Assembly (NCBI GenBank): GCA_964019335.1
Contig: OZ025673.1
Location: forward strand, 248,001-312,000
Origin: Diplonema japonicum
Lineage: Eukaryota; Protista; Euglenozoa: Diplonemea
Length of the DNA: 64,000 nucleotides
Direction of reading: 5' to 3'
A program made the translations under genes and the position numbers. This document shows, one piece after another, positions 49,401 through 58,713 of this stretch. The notes under the pieces were generated by a model. The model ran no database searches and was not told where the DNA came from. It saw only the letters and a list, made by a program, of their open reading frames with translations. Each line of letters opens with the position of its first letter. Position 1 is the stretch's first letter.

Positions 49401-52400
49401 CCCCGTCGGCTGAACGACATCGATGTCAAGGTACATCGCGTGGAAAGGGTTCGCTTGGCAAACATGCGTTGTGTCGTCAGTGGGGAGGTCACCCGACGCG
49501 GCCACCACGTACTGCACGCCTTTCTTTGACTTCTTGAAGAGTTTCTTAATGGAACGTTTCTGCTCCCCGTTTCCGTCCCATGTGTACAGCGTGTACTTAA
49601 TGGAAAGCCCGGTGAGGTTTTGGATGGCGAAGATGGGAAGCAGTGTGATGGTTGTGTCCCCCACACCATCTACATCCGTGTTGATATCAACATAGCACTG
49701 GAAGTCCGCAGGAACGTCGGAATCTTCGTTCAGTTCCATGGCTGGCGAAGTGAGGACGAACATCTCATGATGCAGTTTGTGCAAGAATCCGAACGGCAAC
49801 CCAAGCTGTGCCATCTTGTATTCAAAACCGTTATCCATGATAGGTTTGACTTGGATGAACGACTCTGTCAGTGCAGCGTGTGGGATGCTGACAGACCCTC
49901 CTGGATGTGAAATCATGTCCCCGCCTGCCGTGATCAAAACCTGATGGGGTGTCGTGTTCACCACGACGACGCTTGACCTTATCGTCACCTTCTTTCGTCC
50001 TGTGTCCGTCAGCTGCACGGAGCAGAATAGTTTGACGTTTCTGTCGTTCAGTTTCATTGTCAAGCCTGCCGTCCCTACCTTCCCGATGTCCACCACGGTC
50101 GTCACTTCTTGTCCCTCGATGCACAGGTTCACGCAGTGCAGCACTTCTTTTCCGTATTTCTTACCAAAGTTAAAGTGAACCGAGTCGAGGTTCACAAGCT
50201 TCGCGACCTCCCCTTGGTACGAGAGCTCCAAACTGTACCCCGTTTGGTTGGTCACCTCGTACATGCGGAACTGTGTGGTTGTTTTTTGTGCCGCTTTTGT
50301 CGGCGAATTCTCTGGCGGGATGCTGGCCTGCCTCTGCACGGTGGGCTGCGGTGAAAACGCGTCACCAAAACGCTTTGAATCCACCAGTGTTTTAACCAGC
50401 TGCGGCGTGATAAGTGTGTTGATGGGCGTGATGGTGGCATTGAGGTCCTTCTTGTGCTGCCCGACAAGGGCAACACGTGCGCTTATATGGATAGGCTTCG
50501 ACAGCACGGACTCCCATTCGCAGTTTTCAAGATTGTAGTAGTCGAGGTTCACAGTGGCGTTGACGAGGTCTATCTTCTGGCTCTCTGTTGTGGTCGAGCC
50601 CTTCAGCTCGACACAAAGCAGTTGCGCGAAGAACAAAGGTATGTCGAACCCACTACTGTCTTCCACCACAAGTACGTCCACTGTGGGCAGCACGATCTCC
50701 CCGGTACGTGAAACTGCCTCGACTTCTTTTTTCTCCTGTTGTGACTTGACGATGGCGTCACGGATGATGTCAGCGTCGTTCTTTTCCATTTTCAGCTTTG
50801 CCTGTTTTGAGATGATGGCCAGCGACGTCTGAAGTGAAATCAACGCCCTGCTGATGAGCCCCGCGTCTGCTGACGACAGCCGTACATGGAAGCTGGTAGC
50901 GTGCAGCTTGCAGAGGTTCTCCTTCAGCACGATGTTCACGATCTCAACAGGCTCCAGCAAGTGTGTCATCTCCGACAACATTGGTCGAACTGAGAAGTCC
51001 TTCACCGTGATCAGCGCCTCTTCGTCCAGAACATCCTTTCCTAATGTGGTCCACACGTATCCGCCTTCGCCGTTGAAGCGCAGCTCGATCCCGTCCTTCA
51101 ATCGTTCCTGCTTCTCGGGAAGGATCATGGACAAGCTAAACTTCGCTGTTATCCGCACGCTGACAGGAGAATCACCCTCCTCCTCCGTTGCCGCCCACGC
51201 AGTGATAGGGGGCACGCCCCTGTCTATCTCGTTCTTGTCGGGAACTAGGTAGATGCACGCTCCGTCGTCTGCGTCTACAAAGTCCATCACTTCTTTGTTG
51301 TATAAGTACAGCTTCGTCGCCACAACGACAAGTGTCACGCCAGCGTCGATCTGGATGAGCGGCTTGTCGCCGATAAGGTGCAGCTCGCAGCCGTTTCCGT
51401 TGATCTTGACAAGGTTCTGCTTTGCACCAGATATCATCAATTTCTTGTCACGGTTGAGCACCATGTCCCCTGGCAGCACGTAGTCCGAGTCGATGATGAT
51501 AACGTCAGGTGCAGCGAAGGTGTCGGGCATGGTGGCCGCCGCGTACGGCAGATACACGAAGTTCATGACACCGAAGAAGAACTGCGGGACGATGACAAGG
51601 GTCAGCTTCCCGAGGTTGAGGTCGATGTTTTGGTCGCCATGGGTGCCGTCTCCTTGCTTGTACCGCAGATTGGTGCCCTCGAACTCCAGGACAGGGCCCA
51701 TCTCGGAGTCAATCCCAAACCGTTCAAAGGAAGCTTCAAGATCTGTCTGCCCAGTCGTCCGCTGTGCATAGGTTCCAGTCAAGCCTGAAATACTGATGGT
51801 GCTCTTAACCTTCGGTTCTTCAAGCTCAGGAAGGTTGAGGTCGTCCTTTATCGAACCGCCCGACTCGAGGCTCAGACTGACCAACGGAAGTGTCACCGCG
51901 ATGTGCATCAGTTCCGTGTCGACGACTGTGTCTGTCGTTGTGGTTCTGGCACGTGCCAGCAGCTGCTGGGGGGTTTGGTCTTCCTTCTCTGATACAATCT
52001 TGGCAGGTCGTTCCCTAGACAGCTTGGATAGCGTGGCTGAGTAGTCGTAGGCGACGGCAGCGATGGTGCGCACATCGGAGAAGTCGAAGAATGACTCGAT
52101 GGCCTCACCTTCCACCGCCACAACGCGCCTTTCTGTGTCGCTCTTGATGTCTGTTCGTGTAAATGATATCTGTGCCTTTGAAGGACGCAGCACGTAGTCA
52201 TCCCTGAATACCGACTTCACCGCCAGGTCAACCAGCGTTGCGGTCACCGTTTCGTCTTTATCCGTTTTGCTTGTGACAAGGCTCAACAGCCCGAAGTCAA
52301 TGATGAACCCCCGATGAGGCTTGTTGGAGCACAGGATGGCGACCTTGGGTCGATTCCAAGCCAAATCGAATATCGGTAGCACAAGTTTTGACGCAACCAC

Positions 52401-55400
52401 TTCTTCGGGGGTAGCGCTCTCCTTCACGGGGCGGACCTTTATCGCTTCCAGACGATGCTCAGGCGTGGGGGCCCAAATGTTGCAGAGAAGCTTAAACTCG
52501 GGACCCACCCCCCATTGGTACAGCGAGGAGAAGCACACGACAGTTGCAACAATATGCAGCTCGCCGACACGGCCAGTGGCTTTCTCCCATTTGCCTTCTT
52601 CAGATTTCTTGCTGATGTGAAGGGAGAGGGCTGTTTCTTCCTGTTGAGAGGTGATGACTTTCGTGTTTTGCACGTCTTTCATATTAATCTTGCTCACCGA
52701 TAAATCCAAACTCCGCGCCCCACCCGGCTGCCATTCATAGAATATCTCAGAGGAGGTAGATATCTCGCACACATTCGGAATCCTGAGGTCGATCTCCTTC
52801 ATCTTCACGACATGTCTTATTATATGCTCGGCAGGGGGTCCTTTTACCCATGGCTCGCCAGGTGCGGGCCATCCATCGTCGGGTTCGACCCATCCCAGGA
52901 GCTTGTATCCACCGTTTCTGCATGCTTGCGAGGATAGGAGGGAGTCCACTACGTTGATGAGCACTCTGTGGTCCAGTACTACGAGGAGTTTTTTGTCTAT
53001 GGTGTACGTCAGCTCTTGTATCCTCCGGCCTTCGTCAGGGGTCCTCCACACGATCTCTGTTTTCATCACACCGTCGTCGTCCAGCTGCATCACGATATCC
53101 GAGTTGACCCCCTCGCACACCCTGAACCTCTTCATGGCTACATCGTTCTCAAAGTCATCATTAGCAAACCATCGTATAGCCATTGCCATGTCCATTTGCA
53201 GGGTGTACATTGGAATGGCGGTTTCAAGCCAGATGATCGACAAGTCGGCGAAGTTGAACGCCCACGTGAAAAAATTGTATCGTTTGGTGTCGACGAGCTG
53301 TGTGTACGGTAGGGGAGCTTGGGGCGGGGTTGGGAAGTGAGGCTTCCACGGCTCCATGAGAGATTTTGTCAACCACGTTAGCAGCGAACAGTAAACCCTG
53401 TCCGAGTAGTACATAACACATTCATTGGGGATATCAAGACAAAGCTTTGTTTTAGGATGCCGCTGGTACGGATCGACCATAGAGTGGGTGGTACACAACG
53501 TCATAGAGGTGGGCTCGCTGAAAACCCAACCCTTCGGGACCTCGTCTGCCATCTCATCCGGGGCCTCCATCAAAAGGTCCTTCATGTCGATCATTGTGAC
53601 GTACAGCACATCGTCCTCATCTGTCTTCACCAGCTCGTTTATGACACCTATGTGTTCTGCATGCGCTTTGAAAATTCCGCTGTCTGAATCGATTGTAGGT
53701 GGCAACACCAAGGACAAGTCCTCACATTCTATTATAGTCTTCAGCATATCGTAGTACGGTTCTGTAGGTGTGGCCATCGGGTCATAAGCATCGAATGGGA
53801 TCACCATCGGCTTCCCGTCGAACACGGGACGCCACGATATCCAGGCAAGCCGGGAGCACAGTCCTGTCTTGAAGTACTCTAAGATGGTCCATAGGAAGGC
53901 TTGGAAGTATGTGACTTCTGCGTGGGCGAGGTTCATTCGGACTTGGTGTGTGAAGGCCAAGCCGTGGTAGTACGATGGGCGGGGTGGTGTCGCGTCGCCT
54001 TTGAGAGCACCGCGGTTTTGAAAATTAACGTATTCAAAGTCCAAGCGCGATTTTTCATTGTAGTGCAAGAACCTCGTCCATTTCCCCTCCGTCAGCGCGT
54101 TCTCCAGCCACGGTTTGTGCAGCATCCCGTCCATCGCAATCCCATACGGAGTGTCGAAAAATTGTAGGGAAAAGTCCTCGCCCCCTACCCGCATCACTAC
54201 CTGCCCATCGGGACGCTGGCAGCTCATGTCAATCTCCCCCTCGACCTCCACAAAGAACCCAATACCTTGCTTCTGTTCGAACGGCTTGGGCAGCTCCGGG
54301 GGTTTTTCCACCTTTTCCCGCACTATTTTATTCGCGGCATACACCACCGTGTTCTGCTTCGCCTTAAGCGAAATGTTGATGAGGTCCCATATCATCTCCA
54401 TCGCCTCTACTGCGGCAACTGACAGATGCAGCCCCATGCCTTTGGTGTTGATACCCATTTGCATGAGGGCCTGCTGCGTCTGCATTGGGTCGAAGTACTT
54501 GGAGCTGGGCATGAAGGACAGCCACCATACTGAAAAACCCGGGTCGCCTTCGTTGGACCACAGGAGCTGTTCGGAGGTGGAGTCGGTGACGACTAGCGAA
54601 GAAGCTTTGAGCTCGAACTTCGAGTCGTGCCCCGTGACATCCATTGCCATGCCGCAGTTAGAAAGCACCCAGCTGGACTGCAAGCTTGTCTCTTTGTTGT
54701 CCTCTTCGAGCTGCACTTTAAGATCACCAAGCTCGATGGAGAGAGTGAACCACGTTTGATGACAAGCCACCTTCGCTTCGGGGTCAACAGTCACCGCAAC
54801 CGGCAGCAGGTTACCCGCTTTAATGCGCTTGAACGACTGCAGCCACCTGTTGTGCATCGATGCGGTAGGGAGTTGGATCCACAAGGATACGTCGCTGTTT
54901 ATGGTGATCATGATGGAGTTGTGCGGCTCGCTTATCTCGAAGTGCCCGGATGAGAGGTCCACTAGGGTAGCCACCTTTGACGACTTATGCTTGTCATGCA
55001 GACGAAGGTGCCCTGATGTCCCGTCCAACTCTGCGAATTGCTTCTGAGGCTCCGCAGTGATGTCCATGATCTCCTCTGCCACAGGGCCCAGCACCAACGC
55101 GAATGTGGAACATGTATCATCTGTTTCATCTTCACCCTCGGCACGGGCGACGTCCACGGACCCACGCCCTGTGACGTTCCAGGCAAGCTCCAGGAGGTTG
55201 GTAAAGGCCTGTTCGGCTGTGTGTAGGTTCCCCCGTGACATGTGTATCACCATGTTGCGCAGCTCGCCCTTCATCGTTATCTTCGCTATTTCATGGCATT
55301 TCGGAACCAGTGACGCCAGCAGCCTGAGGTCCAGCACTGCGTCGACAACAAGAGGTCTGCACACAGAGTCGTAGTCCCTGTACGCCATGCTGCTCCATCG

Positions 55401-57821
55401 CCTGATGGACGTCGTCATCACCTTCCCGTAGTCAGACTTCACTACATAGTGGTTGTAGTAATCGTCTGGCAGGTAGTCCTTTCGCCCTTCCCGCCCTTCG
55501 ACGGGGTCGGGATCGGAACACACACTAAAGGTGTCTGCGGTAAGAACCAAAGCAACGGCATCTAGGTCCCTGCAGTCTGAAGGAACGATGAGACAGGGCT
55601 GGTCCATCACAACGCTGACGTTCACCGTCGTCTCTCTTTCTAGCGACATCTTGAGCGCTGTTGCTAGGTCATTCGCCACGGTAACTGGGGCTGGTTGTTG
55701 CTTCTTCGCTGTTTCTAGATCACTAATCTTCCCGTACACCCCAACCCCCCAGAAGGCAGCCACAGTCTGCAGCCACGTCACGTCGACGATGGCGTCCATG
55801 GGACGCAAGTGCACATCGATGTTGTAGCTGCCTGCCAACTGTGCGTCGGCCACCCTGCTGACTGTGGCAAGCAGAAGATGCGCACTAGAGCTGGCGCCCT
55901 TTCGTATCAAGGAGGTGTAGTGGGAGCCTGTCAACGAAGTACTAGACATTTCGATATCCTTCAGTGTGTTGACGAGCTTCCACGACTTGTTCATATCCTG
56001 CCACCTTGATGTGAACTCCGTGAGCTGGATAGAAGCGAACGTGATACGCGGTGTCACAGCCAAGGGTGTGGTCGGACCAAAGACGTGCTTGTACATTGTG
56101 AGGAGCTTCTCGTCAACACCGAGCTTGGTGAGGGAAGCAGAGTCGAGGCTGAGCAGGTCATTGGCGCTGAGATTCGAAGGAATGTCTTGCACGGGGAGGT
56201 TCATGCACTCAAGGAGCTCGATAGCTGTCTTCGGGGTTGCACTGTTCTCGCACATCTCAACCATTCCCTTCCAGATAGTCACCTGAATGCGTGTTTTCAC
56301 GTACGAAGACGGCATAGAGAGAGGCTGGGCCGTCGGTGTGCTGCCTTCAATGCTGTCATCAATGCCCAGTTCCTCGTACAGCATTTGTTTTTGCTCCGGG
56401 GTCCACTCGTCGGCGTCTAGGAGTTTCCACACTTCTTGTGCGTTTTCTTCGGTCTCTTCGTTGGCGCCTTGGTCGGACCATCCTGTCCACCACTGCCACC
56501 AACCGCCTTCCTTCTTTTGTTCAGGCATCGCTGCGTCTTTATGCTGCTCTCTTTCCATCCGCAGCTGAAAGTACGCTAAACGTCTGAAATATATTATAGA
56601 CTCAGCATCAAGGTGGTCCTCAACATCTGCGAGGTGTGCCGTCTCGTCTTCTGATAGTGGTTGACGCCATGGGACATTTTGCGATCGTTTGTACATTTGG
56701 ATGTACAGTTCTTTGAGCTCGCGACGCCGTTTTAGTTTTTCCCAGCAAACGTGGGTTCGCATTCTCGACTCGGCGCCGACCAGCCGAACGCACTTGTAAG
56801 CGAACAGCCACCAGTTCTTCGCATCGCCTTTCACACCAGTGGAGGGACGGAACTGACGGAACTTGTCAAGCATCGCGAAGTCCGCAACATAACGCGCAGT
56901 TCGGTTGATAGCATCATACTGCCATCTCTTAAGCCTGATGTTGAGGCATTTGAACGAAGCGTCGACGGTGTTCTTTGGATGCGAAAGGTCGAGTGCGACA
57001 TAAGACGGCTGCGTCGTGACACGCAGTTCGACGTCCAAGGGGTCAGGGGTGCAGCGCTGCGAGATAAGAGTGCTGGAAGCCGACATGATTTCCTTCCATT
57101 TGTCCAAAGACGAAATTTTAGAAACCCCTGTGAGCCGGGGTGCAACGGGGAGATGGTCGATGGCAAGGGTAAGCCCCTTCAACTTGCACAAACGATACAT
57201 TTGGGAAACAGACTTATACGCGCCTTCATTGGTACGCCATTCGGCATCGGTAGGAATGGCAGAAAGCTCCTCTGTTCTAATGGTCCACACGACAGGACGC
57301 CTTGGGTCCGTGCAGGAATCCTCGTATCGAAGAACCGCGTTTTTAATTGAAATCTGTAGAGTCGAGAGGATGTGACGGGATAAGCGGGATCCGAACCCTT
57401 CGCTTTCTTCGTTTGTAGGTTCTTCTTCGTTTTCCGGTGCCGGTTGTAAACTCGAGGTTCGGGTTGATTCGAAGATTCGAAGTTGTGTTTGTTTCCGCAA
57501 CCTCCGTTTCTTCCTTTCGTGGACCTCGTCCCACTGCGTACCTTTGATGGGCTGCACTACTAGCTGCACATCGCTCACTTCAACTTTGCACGTTTTCGAA
57601 TAGAAATGCTTCCACGGGATTTCTATCCGTAGCTGTCCTATTATACCTTTGTCAATGATCACAGGGAGGTCGAACTCATCCAAGGCCTCTGGTGCGAGCT
57701 CCAAATCGTGCAGAACTACTTCCCCGCTCCACATACTGACCTGGAGGCCATGACGGTCGAGGTTCTTAATATACCGCCCTAGATAGCTGGAGAAGATAGA
57801 CGCGACCCATCTTTCCAACAT
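46428..57821 (-). CDS. VPS13: Vacuolar protein sorting 13 family lipid-transfer protein (3797 aa, intronless)
   Basis: Chorein_N (YLGRYIKNLD...VSMWSGEVVLHDLEL...IEIPWK), FRP...WWLFAY, GWWQWW, internal PH-like segment, VAB/SHR-BD repeats (PLWIINQT, TKVIKFTPRWIIHN, PYVIENRT), APT1-like LQLDDQ. Confidence 0.95.
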   Translation of the reverse strand: MLERWVASIFSSYLGRYIKNLDRHGLQVSMWSGEVVLHDLELAPEALDEFDLPVIIDKGIIGQLRIEIPWKHFYSKTCKVEVSDVQLVVQPIKGTQWDEVHERKKRRLRKQTQLRIFESTRTSSLQPAPENEEEPTNEESEGFGSRLSRHILSTLQISIKNAVLRYEDSCTDPRRPVVWTIRTEELSAIPTDAEWRTNEGAYKSVSQMYRLCKLKGLTLAIDHLPVAPRLTGVSKISSLDKWKEIMSASSTLISQRCTPDPLDVELRVTTQPSYVALDLSHPKNTVDASFKCLNIRLKRWQYDAINRTARYVADFAMLDKFRQFRPSTGVKGDAKNWWLFAYKCVRLVGAESRMRTHVCWEKLKRRRELKELYIQMYKRSQNVPWRQPLSEDETAHLADVEDHLDAESIIYFRRLAYFQLRMEREQHKDAAMPEQKKEGGWWQWWTGWSDQGANEETEENAQEVWKLLDADEWTPEQKQMLYEELGIDDSIEGSTPTAQPLSMPSSYVKTRIQVTIWKGMVEMCENSATPKTAIELLECMNLPVQDIPSNLSANDLLSLDSASLTKLGVDEKLLTMYKHVFGPTTPLAVTPRITFASIQLTEFTSRWQDMNKSWKLVNTLKDIEMSSTSLTGSHYTSLIRKGASSSAHLLLATVSRVADAQLAGSYNIDVHLRPMDAIVDVTWLQTVAAFWGVGVYGKISDLETAKKQQPAPVTVANDLATALKMSLERETTVNVSVVMDQPCLIVPSDCRDLDAVALVLTADTFSVCSDPDPVEGREGRKDYLPDDYYNHYVVKSDYGKVMTTSIRRWSSMAYRDYDSVCRPLVVDAVLDLRLLASLVPKCHEIAKITMKGELRNMVIHMSRGNLHTAEQAFTNLLELAWNVTGRGSVDVARAEGEDETDDTCSTFALVLGPVAEEIMDITAEPQKQFAELDGTSGHLRLHDKHKSSKVATLVDLSSGHFEISEPHNSIMITINSDVSLWIQLPTASMHNRWLQSFKRIKAGNLLPVAVTVDPEAKVACHQTWFTLSIELGDLKVQLEEDNKETSLQSSWVLSNCGMAMDVTGHDSKFELKASSLVVTDSTSEQLLWSNEGDPGFSVWWLSFMPSSKYFDPMQTQQALMQMGINTKGMGLHLSVAAVEAMEMIWDLINISLKAKQNTVVYAANKIVREKVEKPPELPKPFEQKQGIGFFVEVEGEIDMSCQRPDGQVVMRVGGEDFSLQFFDTPYGIAMDGMLHKPWLENALTEGKWTRFLHYNEKSRLDFEYVNFQNRGALKGDATPPRPSYYHGLAFTHQVRMNLAHAEVTYFQAFLWTILEYFKTGLCSRLAWISWRPVFDGKPMVIPFDAYDPMATPTEPYYDMLKTIIECEDLSLVLPPTIDSDSGIFKAHAEHIGVINELVKTDEDDVLYVTMIDMKDLLMEAPDEMADEVPKGWVFSEPTSMTLCTTHSMVDPYQRHPKTKLCLDIPNECVMYYSDRVYCSLLTWLTKSLMEPWKPHFPTPPQAPLPYTQLVDTKRYNFFTWAFNFADLSIIWLETAIPMYTLQMDMAMAIRWFANDDFENDVAMKRFRVCEGVNSDIVMQLDDDGVMKTEIVWRTPDEGRRIQELTYTIDKKLLVVLDHRVLINVVDSLLSSQACRNGGYKLLGWVEPDDGWPAPGEPWVKGPPAEHIIRHVVKMKEIDLRIPNVCEISTSSEIFYEWQPGGARSLDLSVSKINMKDVQNTKVITSQQEETALSLHISKKSEEGKWEKATGRVGELHIVATVVCFSSLYQWGVGPEFKLLCNIWAPTPEHRLEAIKVRPVKESATPEEVVASKLVLPIFDLAWNRPKVAILCSNKPHRGFIIDFGLLSLVTSKTDKDETVTATLVDLAVKSVFRDDYVLRPSKAQISFTRTDIKSDTERRVVAVEGEAIESFFDFSDVRTIAAVAYDYSATLSKLSRERPAKIVSEKEDQTPQQLLARARTTTTDTVVDTELMHIAVTLPLVSLSLESGGSIKDDLNLPELEEPKVKSTISISGLTGTYAQRTTGQTDLEASFERFGIDSEMGPVLEFEGTNLRYKQGDGTHGDQNIDLNLGKLTLVIVPQFFFGVMNFVYLPYAAATMPDTFAAPDVIIIDSDYVLPGDMVLNRDKKLMISGAKQNLVKINGNGCELHLIGDKPLIQIDAGVTLVVVATKLYLYNKEVMDFVDADDGACIYLVPDKNEIDRGVPPITAWAATEEEGDSPVSVRITAKFSLSMILPEKQERLKDGIELRFNGEGGYVWTTLGKDVLDEEALITVKDFSVRPMLSEMTHLLEPVEIVNIVLKENLCKLHATSFHVRLSSADAGLISRALISLQTSLAIISKQAKLKMEKNDADIIRDAIVKSQQEKKEVEAVSRTGEIVLPTVDVLVVEDSSGFDIPLFFAQLLCVELKGSTTTESQKIDLVNATVNLDYYNLENCEWESVLSKPIHISARVALVGQHKKDLNATITPINTLITPQLVKTLVDSKRFGDAFSPQPTVQRQASIPPENSPTKAAQKTTTQFRMYEVTNQTGYSLELSYQGEVAKLVNLDSVHFNFGKKYGKEVLHCVNLCIEGQEVTTVVDIGKVGTAGLTMKLNDRNVKLFCSVQLTDTGRKKVTIRSSVVVVNTTPHQVLITAGGDMISHPGGSVSIPHAALTESFIQVKPIMDNGFEYKMAQLGLPFGFLHKLHHEMFVLTSPAMELNEDSDVPADFQCYVDINTDVDGVGDTTITLLPIFAIQNLTGLSIKYTLYTWDGNGEQKRSIKKLFKKSKKGVQYVVAASGDLPTDDTTHVCQANPFHAMYLDIDVVQPTGEVIKRHESKFNTPFLVRNPGKNHQGRVSTIVLSDQRGRQVHLAMEYSERMITVFCPLWIINQTAYCLELAVHNPMKLAESAMNALTAGQNPGEGIKPGSKPFLMAPPDLPEKEQVGHLYVRILRVGKSIPQWSAKIDISKVGGAGTIECPERSGDLPKTIAFSIEFPWGKVATRTKVIKFTPRWIIHNRMPKAVTIRHEVRGAGVVGQERPKSLFVVSSQNTYQEYEGGASDNFIAIKRTDGTDPKYCKPFTIDRMGDNDVNLTYTTTIKKRSKSASPTSTLPSEESEIEIAEFDVVKVASFQRGSIVYITIDPLRKPPYVIENRTPYPVWAKQREPKRDLKSGQAPLRFPPKTTRPFIWVFPEAEKVMDIKVGLGEAVTINLDPRHQNRDSTTGDDEGTMKECHDIGESPVYLRVRHRHGQTMISLTLDKEIDKWFVNESLLSTTKLNIQGVAAVLVSNEVEIAHLSLQSIVLYRKRDKTTISYSTKIGALQLDDQKVRAEFPVVICNKIPKDRSPFFLLDILRKIDRSSGAIHIQTCRAKFQPLIVKLRDKFLYSLLKFYQISQKKIEVSNKQEAKKYYTVPVMDASLQVADKQDGLSTRHVYIEHLQIDAITLQSTLVRSQVKDQDFFKHMLGMFSVLVRGFEDMTLVWPKIEVYKLCNKAWLIGTMLKDKYYSETTSQLLRVAPGVAKVHTFVTDLLSTMPGRDQDQIEYQTPSRRVRDPAKQNATVIGTTRPQVVTSPQSSPRVIPTLQTFSSTGGSPAYWGGSLGTPDPRTEDTDFSREDSSVFCDTAPTTTTSLCVRQSSHFGIGKAEDEVLFHECNSKLMTKQRAVDLKALKKKSWEKFHPSNGRTSWEEFSQSCTWEEFYSHTTELEFKTHVNFALDQYIRITLAVKNKHARRDELCRCLEVEDHKRKQKDGLHPPSHASSQSIRLSWFEFAHHTTWDEFRNKTTVSEFRQHAAHARDCCLSDTIAFAKLDREQVITMFNM

Positions 57822-57836
57822 CCCGTTTGCATATAC

Positions 57837-57884
57837 CTGGATATGATATGAAAGAAAAAGGAAGAGGGGGAATAAAATAAAAAC
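57837..57884 (-). promoter_or_regulatory. Putative trans-splice acceptor (polypyrimidine tract + CAG) for VPS13
   Basis: The minus strand of the 64-nt spacer is a T/C tract ending in ...CATATCATATCCAG|GTATATGCAAACGGG-ATG. Confidence 0.55.
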
Positions 57885-57885
57885 T

Positions 57886-58572
57886 TTACTGTTGCGATGC
57901 GAATCTCGCCCGTCGGTATGCCTTTAAGGCCGACAGTCGATCGGCAGACGATGGAGTTGACGCGGCTGGGGAAACAACCGCCGTTGAAGTTGTAAACGAA
58001 GAGCTAAGAGACGAAACAGATCTAGAACTTAAAGAAGATGCAGAAGGGGGGCGGGGTGTGCACGCACGGACCGGGGGTGGTTCGATGGCTTTCAACTCCA
58101 CCTTGTGAATTTCCAATAAGTGCCCAGGTATTGCACTTTTCCGGCCTTTATCCGGGGCTGTATAATTCTCCTTCGCGTGCACTGCCATAGCCACCCGAGG
58201 GAGCGTCTGCCCTTTCGGGAATATCTTTGAATGGGAATATAGTTCTTTATGACCTTCTTTAAACACCCTGACAGGTTTTTCTCTTTTCAAAATAGGTACT
58301 TCAACAGGGGGCTCTTTCGCTGCCATCATCATCCGCAACTCCTCCCGCCGCCCCTCTTCTTGCAGACGCTTGCGAAACTCTTCTCTCTCTTCTTCTCCTC
58401 TTTTCTTCATGTATGCATCTACTTTTTCTTTAATCGCCTTTTCTCGTTCATATATTAAAGAGGCCTGTGCCAGTTTTCGATCGGACTCTGTTGCGATCGT
58501 TTGGTATTGTGCTTGGCACCCGCCGGGTACTGAAATTCCCCATGGGGGCAGACGCCTGGGGCCACCTTCCAT
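57886..58572 (-). CDS. Hypothetical protein (coiled coil + Ser-rich tail)
   Basis: ORF with ATG at 58572, same strand as neighbours; no known domain recognised. Confidence 0.7.
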   Translation of the reverse strand: MEGGPRRLPPWGISVPGGCQAQYQTIATESDRKLAQASLIYEREKAIKEKVDAYMKKRGEEEREEFRKRLQEEGRREELRMMMAAKEPPVEVPILKREKPVRVFKEGHKELYSHSKIFPKGQTLPRVAMAVHAKENYTAPDKGRKSAIPGHLLEIHKVELKAIEPPPVRACTPRPPSASSLSSRSVSSLSSSFTTSTAVVSPAASTPSSADRLSALKAYRRARFASQQ

Positions 58573-58713
58573 CACCTCTCCCCCTCCCCCCCGGGCTATT
58601 GTTGTCTCACTGACTTAGAAAAAGAGAAAGAAAAAAAAAAATAAACAAGAGGAAAGAAGAAAGAAAAAAAAAACTTCCTCTGTGTAAGATTTTCTTTTTT
58701 TCCCCCTCTCAAG